Source: Podarcis vaucheri
Lineage: Eukaryota
Strand: one strand, 5' to 3'
NCBI GenBank assembly: GCA_965113315.1
Contig: OZ220377.1
DNA: 64,000 nucleotides
A program made the position numbers and the translations under genes. The notes beneath the pieces are model-generated. The model made no database searches. It was given only the letters and a program-made list of their open reading frames with translations, and was not told the origin of the DNA. This document shows, piece by piece, positions 23,801 to 36,967 of this stretch (the first letter of the stretch is position 1; the number at the start of each line of letters is the position of its first letter).

Positions 23801-26800
23801 TAGAGACTCCTGGTGGCCCAGGCTGTCCCTGGCCACTATGAAGACTGGTTCTTGCCTCTGGGTTTCTTGGTTGCACCTGCTCAAGTTTCCTTGGGTCACC
23901 TTTGGGCCTCTGTAAGGTTTTTGTAAGGAACCTATCACGGCATGAATGGAAACTAGAACAAACCTGCCAAATAGTGAATCATGCACCAGGTGTGATGTTC
24001 AGGTGTGGGTGGGAAGCAGGCTGTCTGTCAGAAGAGGAGCCCTTTGTCTTTCAAGGCAGTACATGGTCTGTTTTAGTGAAGTTCAGTGGCCAAGTTCAGC
24101 TTTCCATTCCAAGTTCAGCTTTGGAATGTGATTTGCTGTGAGACAATGTGCTTCCCCAGTTGCCTCTGCAGGGAGTGTGGGTGGCTGTTCTTCTTTAGCT
24201 CCCCAGAAGTATGTATATTGTGGAGAACCCACTGAGGACCTGTCTTTAATAGCCCATCATTGCACAGTGGCAGCTGCCTGCTTTGCATTGGTTCCAGGCT
24301 GCTGCAGCTGCAACGGTCTCTCCCCCACCCCAGCATTTGTTAAATTGCTGGCTGCATTATTTGGTTAACTTGGTAACATTGAAATTTACCCTGAAATCAA
24401 ATATAAATTCTCTTATAGAAGGTTATCCTATACATAAATCACCATTAGCCTGCCTCGTTTTTGTTTAATGCCTGCCTAACTGTGCTGCTGTCTAAAAATG
24501 TGTGTTTAGTCAAGTCAAGGGTTGCAGAGAAATTATAGGTTTTTCAAAAAGCCATTTGCTTTGTAGGTCCTCACATCAAAATCAATCTTGCCGTTAGTTC
24601 TCCCTCCCCCTACAAATATAAGGTCCCACTTCCTCAGTTCTGGCATTTAATGAAGGGTCATGTTAATTCTGAATTAAGCCAGTGGCACTTACAGAATGGT
24701 GGGCCTTTGGTGAGGCTGTCCTGCGCTTTAAGGTTATGGTATTGAACTTTGTGGCTGGCTATGGATCTTGATCTGTTGTGGTTTAAAAATCCGTTATTTA
24801 TATTAGGGTCAGCTCTCCACCTTGAGTGGGATGTATTCAACTGATTTTTTTTTTCCTGTTTCAGAAGCCCCAAGGGAATGAGGTTCCGTTTTTGTGAAAT
24901 ATGCCACCTTCAGCTTGCAAAAAAGGGGCATTTTTTGAGCTGAGGCTCTGTCCTTTTGCCAGGCAGTGCTTTGGCTAAGTGTGGTTGAGTCAGGAGGTTC
25001 CTGATCCCCAGTTTTGAAAGGGAAGGCTGTGGATCTTTCATTGTCGTGGGCCTCAATATGCCCAGATGTCAGTGGACAGCTTGAAAAATACACTCTTTGT
25101 TCCAACCCCCTGTGAGAATGTCAGGATTGGGCTTGCTTTGGTACTGAAGGTCAGGAGCGTGAAGTTTAGCCGCATGCTGGATTGTGCTCTCTGCCACCAT
25201 TGATCACCAATTTGAGGACATCACAGGGCAATGAGTTTGCAAAGGAGAAGAGCCTGCACACTGTTTCCCTCCATCGCTGCCATGAGAATGGTTAGGTAGA
25301 AAGCTTAGAATAATGAAATAAGTAAATGGTCCGTCACTGACTTGTTATGAACAGAGAGCAGGTTGTTTGGGCCTGGAACAACAATGCGCTTTGGAGTCAG
25401 ATATGGATAAAAGGTCAATTGTGTGAATCTGAAAACTTCTTCATGTGAGGAAAGCAGAATAAAAGCCTCAGTGAAAGTAAGGAGCTTTTATTGGAAATTG
25501 GTTGAGGTGGGCTTTTCCAGAATCCTTGCTCAGACATGGTTGGAGCATTTGACCTGTCAGAGCTTTTTTCTCCTTCTTGTACCCCAGTGTGGAGTTTCCC
25601 CCTCCCTCCCTCTGCTCTTTTAATTATAAACCTCACTATAATAAATAGTATAGGAGTGCCTGTCTGCTCTCCTCCTATGAGGTGAAAGATTGATCCAGTT
25701 AATTTGGCTCATCTTCGTGTGTTTGGTGGAGGGGTAAGGTTAACCCATAATTTCACAAAGAAAAATCCTTTTTCTGCATGAGCTCTTCTTGCACTCTTTT
25801 TTCTGTCTCTGCCATGTGCTAACATTTAGTCTTTAATAATCTGGAAGCAAATGAAATTGTATATTTTAAAAAAATCATTTTATTTTCTCTGCAAATATAA
25901 TGAGTGCCTGGAGACTCAGCGTGAGGCTACCCAAAATTAAAGCTACCAGGAATATTTATGGTTGTTGCGCTCCCATTCATATTCAGCTGCCTGCGCTGAG
26001 CCTTTGCATCGCGGCTTGGCTGCCAGCCCCAGCCAGGTGGTGTCAACAGGCCCCCAAACAATGCCTACGCACAGCCTAGCGGGCAGAGCTGAAAGCTGAT
26101 CCAAGGCACGGCCTCGCCTGGGCACAGATAATTCCGCTTTGTCCTTCCTCAATGAGCATTCTCTTTAGAGGGCAGTGATCTCCTGCTACCACAAAAGGCT
26201 GGGGTGCTGACACCACAATGGGGGCTGAAAGATGATTCTTGTTTGCATGTCTTCAGGGAGGGGGCAGGCAGCAATCTGTGGCAGAACATTTCCAGCTGCT
26301 GGCTTTATAACTCTTTGCCTGCCTGCCTGCCTGCCTGCCTGCCTGCCGAACAGGACTAGTTGGGCTTAATGAAATCATTTTCTGTGGCGAGCTGCTGCCT
26401 GAGGTTTGCAGTGTCAGGATGAGGAGCAGCAAATTTGCATGCCTTCCCAGGTTGCTCCCAAGAGTGCTTGTGATGTTTTGCATTTGCAAGAGAGGAGAGC
26501 AAGTGAGAACGGGCACCAGCCTTTTCATGCAGGAGAAGGCCATCAAGGGCTTCTAGCCATGATAATTCTGTTTTACCTCCACTGCCATTGCAGGGAATTG
26601 CAAGTATGGAGAATGCCATTTGTGTACTCAGGTCCCCATAGGAATCTCATTGTCCACCCTGAAAACAGGATACTGGACTACATAGGCCTTAGTCTGATCC
26701 AGCTGCATAGCTTGTCTTAAGTTATTAAGTTCAGTGTGATGCAGGCGTGGAGGTGGGCCTGGGTGAAGGAGGAGGAAACACCAACGAAGGTGTTTCCTCC

Positions 26801-28667
26801 TCTAGCTGTTGGGGATCCTGAGGTTTCAACTGCAGATTTTTGCTGCCCAGAGAGCTTTGGTTATGGTGTGGACAGAAATGCGATAAATATGTAAATTAAC
26901 ATTCTTAGGCAGTTTACAAAGGCTGTGTTGAAGGCAACTGCAGCTTCCTCTTGGGAGCTGCTAGCTGAAAGCAGGTGCATTGGAAAATGTAAACAGCTGA
27001 GAAAGTGAAAACGGCTTCCAGCCTCACTTGCCAGCAGCAGGTAAACTTGCCCACCCATCTCTGGGTGTCTTGCACAAGCAAGGAACCTATATTCATTGCT
27101 TGCTAGGTGTGGGAAAGTTTGCACATAAAGGCTTCCTTCTAGAATGTTCTCTTTGGTGACATTGGCACTAGTGGTGTCCCATTTCCACCTGGACAAACAG
27201 TGGTTGCCAATTGCAGCTGTCCTAGTGAGCATTTGCTGCAGGTTTGCCTGGCTTTTCTCCTCTGCCTCTTCACAAAGCGACTGTTGTGCTCTGGTGTAAA
27301 AGGGAGAGACCTCTGCAGGGAACAATACATGTGACTCTTTCCCAAAAACTTACAATATAACCATATTGCTTTTGAGAAGACATCAGATAGACTCCCTCCT
27401 GTGACTCAAGTATCACCATCAAGATCATCACATTATCCTTGACCATTGGCCATTTACATCTGAAGAGCCACAGGTTTCCCAGGCCTGGTCTAGGCCAAAG
27501 CTTATTCGCTTGGAGAAGAGGAAAGATCCTACCCAATAATGACTGGAAGCAGTTTTGGAGTGCCAGGACTTAAGCCTCATGGAGAGCATGTCTATGGAAT
27601 CAGAGACCTGTAGGATGCAGGACACAGCATGTCCTGCAAGGTGACCCAGACTAGTCTCCCTTCCTAGTTTTTGCTAGGATCTTCTGTGAGCTGGCCCAGG
27701 TTACTCTGCAGAAGGGACTTGTTTCAAATGTTTGCCACGAGCATGCAAGCTGCACTTTTTGAATGAGGTCAGTCTTTTGGAAGACTGGAGGCAACCTGCA
27801 GCTTTTGATTTAGCTTCCCTTCCCGCCAAACCTTGCAAGTCTTGACATGTATGTTAAAAAAAGCTCTTCTGGTCCTTGGTGTAAGAGCGTGGTGAATGTG
27901 ATGTGCAATGTGAATGATCTGCTCCCTTTGTTTGAATATATTCAGCACATCTCTTTGGGAATTCCTGCTTGTGTTTGATGCATTAAAGGAATCTCTTTGG
28001 GGGTCTTGCATGGGAGCTGTTTCCGTACCAGGTAAATATTCCCTGGTATTGCGCTGATTGGTTGATTCGTCACTCCACCTGCTTCCTGCAAAACCCACCC
28101 CTCCTGAGGCATCTTGCCTCCTGCCAAGTTCCCTCCCAGCCCCCTGAGAAATTGTGCTCAGGCCAGTTACGGCAGCGGGAAGGAGCTGAAGGTGTTGTCG
28201 TCGTTCTCACCAAATGGGGTGAGATTCTGTCTGAAATAATCCCATCCTTCCCCGGAGTCTTGGTGTGAATTTTATCTAATCACCATGGCAACAGATAAAA
28301 AAAGGTGTGAGCACCACATCTCCCTCTCTCTCTGCTGTGATAATTCAGATTTAGATATTCAGATAAGATGGAAGATGGAGATTTCAAATGGAAGAGGAAC
28401 AACAGAATGTTGACTGCTGTTCTGGGCCCTGGTGTGTGATGATCCTGCCCTTTTGGAGGATGGGATGCACACATACTTCCTGCTGGTGTGTTTGAAATAT
28501 AATTAATTTGTCAAATGTGCCCTGATAATCCAGTTTCATTTTTGATGCAAACATGAAATGTAACCTAAAATAAAATGCATGTTAGCATTCTCGGGGAGGG
28601 ATTGCTTACTACTTCTGGATGCTAGACAGCAGCCAACCTTTCTTGAAAGGTCTGGAAGGGTTTAAGA

Positions 28668-29098
28668 CAGGGGTCTGCAACCCGCGGCTCCAGAGCCGCA
28701 TGTGGCTCTTTTACACCTTTGCTGCGGCTCCGGGGCGGATACTAGCGAGGGGAGGAGGCACATTGTGCGCCCCGACACTCCCCACTGTGGCGGGCACTGT
28801 ACTGGCTGTGACGTCGCATGGGGGCGGTGCGTAACTTCCGCCCCGCTACATTGTAAGGGGCATGTACGCTGGTCACTGTTTTGAAGGGGAGTGAAGAACA
28901 CACACACACAAAAAGGTAACTTGTTAATTTAACGTTTATTTCTATGAGGAGTAGTAATTCTGAGGGGTCAAACAAAGAAATAATAAAAAAGTGACAAAAA
29001 AGTTATTTTTATAATGACGAGTTTTGCGGCTCCCAGTTTTTTTCCCTTCGGAAACGGGTCCAAGTGGCTCTTTTTGTCTTAAAGGTTGCAGACCCCTG
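28668..29098. mobile_element. hAT (Charlie/Buster-like) MITE, 431 bp
   Basis: TIRs CAGGGGTCTGCAACC / GGTTGCAGACCCCTG (perfect 15 bp) and a perfect 8-bp TSD GTTTAAGA. Confidence 0.93.
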
Positions 29099-29649
29099 GT
29101 TTAAGAGAACCTGTTTGGAGCAGGTGTTATGAAGTAAGAGGTGGTTGTTGCTGGCCAGTATCTTCTGCTCCTTCCTGCCGGCTAATCCATCTTGCTCCTT
29201 TTCCTTGGCCACCCATTCATGTCCTTTGTAGAGAGAGCCGTCCCCTATTAGTACTTCCTGCTCCCAGAGTTTTAATTGGCAATTAACTCCTGTTAGCTTT
29301 CCTATGGCAGGGCCAGGCAATACAAGTCCACTCCACGTGTAAAGGGCTCCTTTTGCTTCTGGGATTTCTGTATTTATTCGTTTTAATGTTGATTCTCACT
29401 CTGGGCTCAACATGGTTCCCTGCAGATGCTGCTATGTTGGCTATCACTGGTTTGGTGGTTAGAATGTTGGGCGTTAACCATGGAGGCCTGGCTCAAATCT
29501 TTGCTTGTCTACAAAGCTTACTGAGATACTCTGCTCTCTGCAAGGTTGTTGTGAGGAGAAAAGGGGAAGCGTGTTTGCTGCCATAAGCTGCTTGGTGGAA
29601 GTATGAAATAAGGAATAAAATGAATGTCTGGTAACAGTACATTGTTAGA

Positions 29650-30880
29650 ACAGTGGCTTATTTTCCTGCATTTAAATAAAAGAAGAAGTAATGCAGTACA
29701 TATTTATATTCACAAAAGAATCATACATATTCATGACTGCAATGAAACAAAAGAAGTATAGGGTTGAATAGTATCCTGATGCTTGTTAACCCAAAACATC
29801 ACAACTGAAACCCGTCTTTTACAAATACGTTTGAAAGCTGTTTGTTACTCATTCTTCTGTAGTATATTAATTTAGATAGTATTGCTGTATTTCAAGTTAT
29901 TTTAATACCAGTACAAAACCCGAGGGTCAGTATTATTCTTATAATTTGGGGCTATAAGAAGGTTAGCTATAAGAAGGTTAACTACCAATTCCAAGTCCAC
30001 ATCAATAATTTATTTCTTTAGATAGCCTAATAACAGTATATTTGGATCTAATGGTAAAAAGATATCCAGTCATTACTCTGATTAGATTCTGAATTATACT
30101 CCAGAAAGTCCAGATCATAGAGTATTCTCAAAATATATGTTGAAAAATATGTCCGTACTATTGTGTAAATGTGGTTCAGTCTGTATGGTGTTAAATGCCA
30201 TTGAGGGCTTGCCTATACTTCTGTTTGTGCCACGATTTCTAGGCACAGGTCATTGATTTGTAGCATGGATCCAAGCAGGGGTTTTTTTTGTCCCATCACC
30301 TTCCTTGGGAAAACCTGCTGTTTACTGCTGAACTGGAAGAAATGTTAATTGAGTTTTCTGCGGATTGACGTGTTCGTTCTGATTCAGTGGTAAGCAAGCG
30401 GGTTTTCCTGGGGAACACAGCAGGACAAAACAACAACAACAACAACAACAACAACACAACCACTCAGACCCATGGCTACAAATCATGGACCTCTGCCTAG
30501 AAATTGCCGCACAAACGAAAGTGTGGATGAGCCTTGATACTGAATTTTAAAGACTTTTTTTGAGAAAAGTCTGCTGTTATTAAATTCAATAGAATTTTAG
30601 TTCAATTCCATTGCCTTGGTCTGATTCCTGCCTAAATGTTTTGTCATTTCCCCTATATACCCAACATACAGTATATACTGTTTCCCTATCAGAGTTTGGC
30701 TATCTTTAGACCTAAACAATTCGCTCACATTTATTTCTTCCCTCAGCCCTTCCATAGTTCTTAAACAGTGTCAATATTGTCCCTCTGTCCTGGAAGTATT
30801 GGAATAACAGGGGTCTTACCCCTCCCCTAGCTTCTGTTGTTGCTTCCTCAGATGATGCTATATTTTGTCCATTCATTCTG
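29650..30880 (-). mobile_element. Degenerate L1/Tx1-like LINE ORF2 3' fragment, interrupted by a MITE at ~30204-30534
   Basis: AT-rich stretch. The minus strand reads ..FLPLDPNILLLGYLK.., typical of the region after the L1 ORF2 C-terminal Cys/His motif. Boundaries are approximate. Confidence 0.5.
30204..30534. mobile_element. PIF/Harbinger-like MITE with ~65-bp imperfect TIRs
   Basis: The left end GGGCTTGCCTATACTT..TTTGTGCC..ATTTCTAGGCACAGGTC..TGATTTGTAGC pairs with the right end GCTACAAATCATGGACCTCTGCCTAGAAAT..GCACAAACGAAAGTGTGGATGAGCCT. TGA flanks both sides. Confidence 0.65.
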
Positions 30881-31568
30881 TTAGCATTGGAGCTGTGGTT
30901 TCAAACTGCGTCTTGTGTAATCCCTGAAAGACTACTCAATTTCTGCTGTTTGTTGTATTTATTTGCTAGGAGACTCCAGGCGACCTTCAGTATGATTTAA
31001 AACACATAGTTTAAAAGTTCAACAAAACATTATTCAAGAACAATAATGCTTGAAAAGCCAAGAAGCCTATCTTTGCCTAAAATGTGAGTGGTTCCACCAT
31101 AGAAAAGACAATCTGGGGCTCCTGCCATCTCTCTCTCCTGGCATTTTAACCTGAATATCATCTGTTCTTTTGTGCCCAATGCTGCTGAGAGGCCCTGTCA
31201 GGTCAATTGGACATATTTCCTGTGGTGAGCTGCAGATGAAGAAGATGATGACAGTCCTCCAGAGGGACCACAGGAGGCCTCCTTCTCCAAGCCAGAAACC
31301 AGGCCAGTGTATGTAGAGAGGAGAGGAGATGGACTATCTTGGAATGATGGGAGTTGCCTTGTAGTCCATGTCCAAAAGAGTCCATGCTTACAAGGGTGAG
31401 GTGAGGCTCTTGCTGGTAACTAGTGTGCAGCTTGGAATAAATGGTGCATGGATTCTCTTTTCATTCACCATTTGCTAGGAGTTTGTCCTCCTGTGGCAGT
31501 TACAGGGATCCGTGACTTTTCTTGAGAGGCTGAGGTTTTCAGCCAACGGATTATTGGCTGCTGAGAGA

Positions 31569-31725
31569 GTAGCTCCAAACTGGAGCATCTGCTTTCCATG
31601 CAGAAGGTCCCAGGTTCAATCCCTGGTAAGGCTAGGACTGGCCCCTGTCTAACATCCTGCAGAGCTGTAGACAATATGAGCTAGATGGACCTGAAGGTCT
31701 GACATGGGTATAAGGCATCTTCCTG
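31569..31725 (+). mobile_element. tRNA-derived SINE (Squam3-like)
   Basis: GTAGCTC..GAGCATCTGCTTT.CATGCAGAAGGTCCCAGGTTCAATCCC (A and B boxes), then GTAGACAATA.GAGCTAGATGGACC..GGTCTGAC...TATAAGGCA.CTTCCT. Confidence 0.8.
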
Positions 31726-33568
31726 TGACTGAATGCCTTTGAGCAAACTCCATGCTATATGTCAGCCAGAGAGAGGGGCTGGGTGTGTGCATGTGTGAAG
31801 CGTTGCCATTTGCGAGGGACAGCAGCCAACCAGATAAGCTTAGTGCTCTCTCCTGCCCTCACCAATCCGAGCACTTAAAGGCCAATTGCTGGGCTCCCTT
31901 AATTCCTGTGTGTGTAAATCTTTCAGGGGCTGGAGAGTGATGGCGAGGGGAGTGACATGCTGAGCCAGGAACAGGTGGCCATAGATTAGTGGAACTGTAG
32001 GGAGCTGAAGCAAAAGCCAAGCAGCCGGTAAATCTCCTGTCTGCCACCTTCTGCCTGTCTTGCAGGGGAGACGAAATGTTTCAAGCCCCCTTCAGGAGTA
32101 GTTCCTAAATCTGCCTAGCAGGCTTCAGCTGATGGCATCAACTCTCAGCGAAAGCCTGCCAGGTTCCATATGGGGTGGGGGGAAGGTCTGTGCCTTTAAA
32201 GGCTGTGCGGAAAGGCGGATTTGAGCATATGTATCCTCTTGGGATGACAGGAGAAACTGCAGCGGCCCAAATGCGCTATGTCTGTGCACTGTGTATAGAC
32301 GCAGAGGAACGTTGAGCTCAGTGGCATTTGGCCACTCTCAGGTAGGAACTTTGGGGGACAGCCAATGAGTGAGGTCCCCATTTGTTGGCCCTTCCTTCCT
32401 TCCTTCCTTTCTTTCTTGCAGGGTAGTATGCAGCATATGTGGGCATGGGAGGTAAACAGGGGCCTTTGCTCTGGAACCTCATGCCAGGCTCTTGCTGGAG
32501 GAGATTTTCTACCTCCAACAGTAGCTGTATGGCTTCTGCTCTCTTCCTAAGTCTGCAATGCTAATTGCAACCATTCCTGACAGCAACCAAATAAACAGCA
32601 GCACATGCAGCAGCACATGCATTATACAGGGCGTTTCTGTGTCCAGGGATGCTTTCCCCCTGTGTTAGATGGACAAAGAAGACTTGGGCTTGTGATGGGA
32701 CAAGGCAGGTGTTTCGGGACTTTGAGGCAGTTGCTGGATGGATGCTCATTCCTCCCCACCCTGGTTGTTAGTGAGCATGACATGGGTGGCAGCAGAAGCA
32801 CAGTGATGCCAGCCTCCTTCCCTCCCCCCAGAACAGGCAGTGCTTTATTCCCAAGCCTCTGCTTTCAAATTCTCTTTCATTTTGCATGAGAGACAGATGT
32901 GAAAGGCTGCAGGCCTTTTAGTCCCCAAAGAGAGAGGCTGGTTGTTCACATCCTCATCTCTGCACATTTGGGGACAATGGTCGCCCTTTCTCTGTCTGTC
33001 TCATGAAATGCACCCTCTTCTTCGAGTAAGAAGGGACTCTCTCCTGGGCAGGAAGCTGACCCAGGATGCCTGTGTAGGTTTCTGTCCTGGTGTGAGGGTG
33101 CAGGAATCAGATGATGGGACTAAGGGATGCTTCCCACGGTAAGAGTTCAATGAGCCCTTGTTGCAGACCCATGTTAGGTACCTGCTAAAGCTGCAACATT
33201 CAAGGGCAGATGTCCTTTTGTGGATGCTACAGAAACATATTCCTTGCCACCTTGACACATTTGTAAAGGGCTTCTGAGGTGGGGTATGCGTGTGGCAGAT
33301 GTATGCGAAAGCCCCTTCAGCATCATCACACAGTCGGCTGGCCCCAGGTTCCTACTTAAAAATCCAGTTTGTGGCTTTGACACCATAGCCAAAAGAACCT
33401 ATTGTGCTCCAAGCCTTGATAGTTTAGTTTTCAAGTTTGCCCATCTTGAGAGACTCTCCACTTAATTTTCTTTCCCAGAGGGGATGGCTTCATTCTTGCT
33501 TTTCAATTGTAAGCTGAAATCATAGACTCAAAAGACTTGGAGAAAGAGGTGTAGTAAGCCACCTAGTC

Positions 33569-33847
33569 CAGGCACGTCCAACAGGTAGATCGTGATCTAC
33601 CGGTAGATCACTGGACGTCTGTGGTAGATCATTGGTAGATCACAGACTCCCCCCCCAAGAAGCTCAACAACTTTGGCTCCCCTAAAAGAAGCTCAACATT
33701 TTTGCCCTGCACCCCTCAAAAACGGGGCTTTCCTCCTCCCTAAAAAAGCTGAACAACTTTGACCTGTACTCCAAAAAAGGGGGTAGATCAATGCCAGTTT
33801 TTAACTCTGTGAGTAGATTGCAGTCTCTTGGGAGTTGGCCACCCCTG
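33569..33847. mobile_element. hAT MITE with GTAGATC subterminal repeats, nested in a minus-strand CR1 3' fragment (~33515-34080)
   Basis: Imperfect TIRs CAGGCACGTCCAAC / GTTGGCCACCCCTG and multiple GTAGATC motifs at both ends. The TSD is only partly preserved (TAGTC on both sides). Confidence 0.75.
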
Positions 33848-34929
33848 ATAGTCTAATATCCTGTCTCATGCAGGAAATGTAGGACTTCTTCAATTTCCAC
33901 ATGTAGCTGTGCAGTAGCTTCTGCTTGAAGAACTCTAGGGAAGGAGCGCCTTCCCATCAGGGTGACTTGCTTCATTTCTGAACAACTTTTGACAACAGTG
34001 CATTAAGTGTTCGACTGAGAGGGACCCTCTTGTAATTTAAGCCCCTCAAATCTGGTCCCGCTCTCTGGAGCAGCAGAGAGCAGCTGTTTGATCTGGCTTT
34101 TAGTGAACTCATTGGAATTCTCAGCCCGTTGATGTTCTGGGGTGCCTGGTAATGTGTGGTGCTTCCACACTAGGCCTTGAGTGTGGAATTGTCATTCTTC
34201 GTCCACTCTTTATGGGGCACCCTCATGATACTGTCATTTTGAACTTTCCCATTGTTTTCTTCCATCTTTTCCCAGACTTCAGAAAGTCTGACATTTTTCA
34301 GAGAAAAGGACAAGTTGCACAAATCTCTACAGGTGTAGATGCCCTTAGTACTATTCTGCCAATATTTTAAACAGGTCGGGCTTTGATCTGGTCAGAGATG
34401 TATCAGGTGATAAACCTATCGCAGCTCTGCCCGCTTCCCCAGTAACCTTTACAATGGGTTTTATTTTATCACCCCATTCAATTATTTTTTTTAGTCAATA
34501 AGCTGATTAGTGCTCAAATGCTTTTGCAGCTATAATGTGTTTCTGACCCAATTTAAAGTGCTGGTATTAACCTTTATTGCACTAAATGACTTGGGACCAG
34601 GCTACTAGATATATTGCCTTCTCCTGACACTTAAGATTTTACTCTTCCTCACAAGCCCTGTCCTGAGTGCCAAATGAAATGAGGCTGAAGTGGTTCCTAG
34701 AAGGCCTTTGGGCTGGTGGCACCCCAGTTTTATTGATTTGTGTATATCTGCCAGAACCAAGTTTTATACTGCTTTTATGGTTTTGTATTGCATTTTTCAC
34801 CTTTTCATTTTTGTGAACTGTTCAGACTATGTTCTCGGGCGGCCATACAACTATAGAAAATGAGTAAAGCTGAAGTCCTAAACCCACTTACTTGGGAGTG
34901 AGGCCCATTGAACTCAGTAGGACTTAATT

Positions 34930-35890
34930 AAATAACTTTTATTGGGTTTTATAAACCAGGAACATAGGAATAATAAATGCTATGAATAAATAGACCAAGT
35001 CTTCTCATGTCTTTTGTACATCACAATAATAGCATAAGAAATAGGCAGCGATATCTACAGCATATGGCTAATTGTTAATGGTCAGTGTACAAGTTCTTGG
35101 TTCATGGCGTGGTTTAAATAAAAACAGTAACAATAACGAAGGGGAAACAGGATAGAAAAGAGTTAGCAGATAACATTCAACATTGCATAGTTAAACGCCT
35201 AATCAGCAGCCCTTGTGGTTGTGTTTAGCTTGAGTATGAATAATAGTCATTTTCCCTCTTATGTTACCCATGATGAATGTGGGAGAGGGGGTTTCATAGT
35301 GAATATAATAATTTATGTTTAAATTTAAATTTAGATCAACCAGATTGAGCCAAATGATGGGGTTGTGGTTGTGCATTTTCAGGAATCTTGGCAATGTTAT
35401 AAAATTAAACCACACCAGGGTAAAGCCATATTTCTTGATCTGTCTGCATGTCAACCATATAGTTTATTTGTTAATCTCTCAAGGAGAGCTGTTTCTGAAA
35501 CTGTTTTGCACCAGTTGTCTATCTTTGTGCCAGAAAGGTATTTCCAGTATCTTAGGTTATGTTACGTTTCGCTGCTTGTAATAAATGGCTTATTAATTCT
35601 TTATTATGTATTTCCAGATTGTTGCCTTGAAATATATTTAATAAAGCTAATTCTGGTTTGACTTCCAATTGTTATTATATTCATTTCTTGAAGTATCAAA
35701 TTCTGGAAAGGCTGGATTTTTCTACATTCTGACCACATCGAATCATAGAATTGGAAGGGACTCCATGTGGAAATTTCAACTGGGTATGAGGGGGTCCCTC
35801 CAGCAATGTGGTGCCAGGATGGATCATTGTCAACTTTCTGGGGGTTAAGTACCACCTGTACAGTAGAGCTTACTGCTGAGTTGATACGGT
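34930..35890 (-). mobile_element. L1-clade LINE 3' fragment (ORF2 C-terminus and 3'UTR)
   Basis: The minus strand reads YRWYLTPRKL..., MWSECRKIQPF and PELALLNIFQGNNLEIHNKELISHLLQAAKRNIT, matching the L1 C-terminal Cys/His region with frameshifts. Confidence 0.8.
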
Positions 35891-36524
35891 TATGACTGTA
35901 AGTCAGTAACTCCCCCCCCGAAAAGTAATTAAAACAGCAGAATTCCACTTAAGTGAAAGAGTGTTAATAGTGCCATAAAACTAGGCCAATCAATTAAAAA
36001 AAATATCTTTCCAGTCACTGCCATTAGCCACCTTGCTAAAATTATAGGGACCAGAAAGTTGTTTCCCCCAAGATTGTCATTTTAAAATTTATTTATTTAT
36101 AGCATTTGTTCTCAGCTTTAGGCAACCAGTGTACAATAAATTAAAACAAGACAATTCCTGTCTGCAGGGTTACAATCTAAAAAATGTGGCATGCAAAGGG
36201 AAAGGGACAGGAAGGGAAAGAAGGTAGGAGAATCAAACTCTGACATTGATTCTTAAGCAGTTGTTGTCATAATGACCAGTCTGCAGTTTAGTGGCAGGCC
36301 TGATGGAGCAGTCACACTGTTTCCTTTAAGTTCCATTTTGCTTTTTTAGTATCAAAGAAATACAGAATTGTTGAGTTAATAAATATATTTTAAAATACAA
36401 TCAGAAAATGTTTTTCTGCTTTATAAAAAGATTGTTATTTTATTATTTTATTTATTAAATTTAAATACTGCCCTAAAAAAGAATAAACAGGGTGATAAAA
36501 TGGTGCCCACTGCAAAGGCTATAG

Positions 36525-36660
36525 CAGGCATAGGCAAACTTGGCCCTCCAGATGTTTTGGGACTATAACGCTCATCATCCCTGACCACTGGTCCTGTTAG
36601 CTAGGGATGATGGGAGTTGTAGTCCCAAAACATCTGGAGGGCTGACTTTGCCTATGCCTG
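36525..36660. mobile_element. 136-bp palindromic hAT MITE
   Basis: TIR CAGGCATAGGCAAA / TTTGCCTATGCCTG, with near-palindromic arms of ~55 bp. Perfect TSD GGCTATAG. Confidence 0.95.
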
Positions 36661-36791
36661 GGCTATAGTGGATGTGTGCTTAGGCGGTTGCTCAGGTGAA
36701 TTGGACAGCAGCTAGAGTGCACGGAGCATATTGAGGCACACCCCTAGGAAGAACTCAGTACTCTCAGTAGTGTGGACAGTCAATCGCAATA

Positions 36792-36967
36792 CAGTAAGCT
36801 CTCAGCTTGTGTGTGGGTTGTGTTCTGTGGATTTTACCTATAGCCAAAACGACGTATAGCCAAACACGTTGGGTTCCATGCAGGTGGGATTGCCAAAGTC
36901 CTTTCCCCCAGACACATGTAAATCTGAATGTGCACAAATTAAATGTGCGTATGTTGCGGGCTTACTG
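36792..36967. mobile_element. Possible Tigger/pogo-like MITE
   Basis: TA|CAGTAAGCTCTCAGC at the left and GTTGCGGGCTTACTG at the right. The right-hand TA is not intact. Confidence 0.45.

Noticed and set aside
29951-29980. Short tandem duplications (GCTATAAGAAGGTTA x2; also CTTATTAAAGAT x2 near 2367)
   Set aside because: Ordinary replication-slippage duplications with no sign of function.
31569-31630. tRNA gene
   Set aside because: A and B boxes are present but there is no intact cloverleaf, and the sequence continues into a SINE body.
33585-33780. CRISPR-like or regularly spaced repeats (GTAGATC; AAGCTCAACA)
   Set aside because: These are subterminal and internal repeats of a hAT MITE in a vertebrate genome, with no constant repeat-spacer period and no cas genes.
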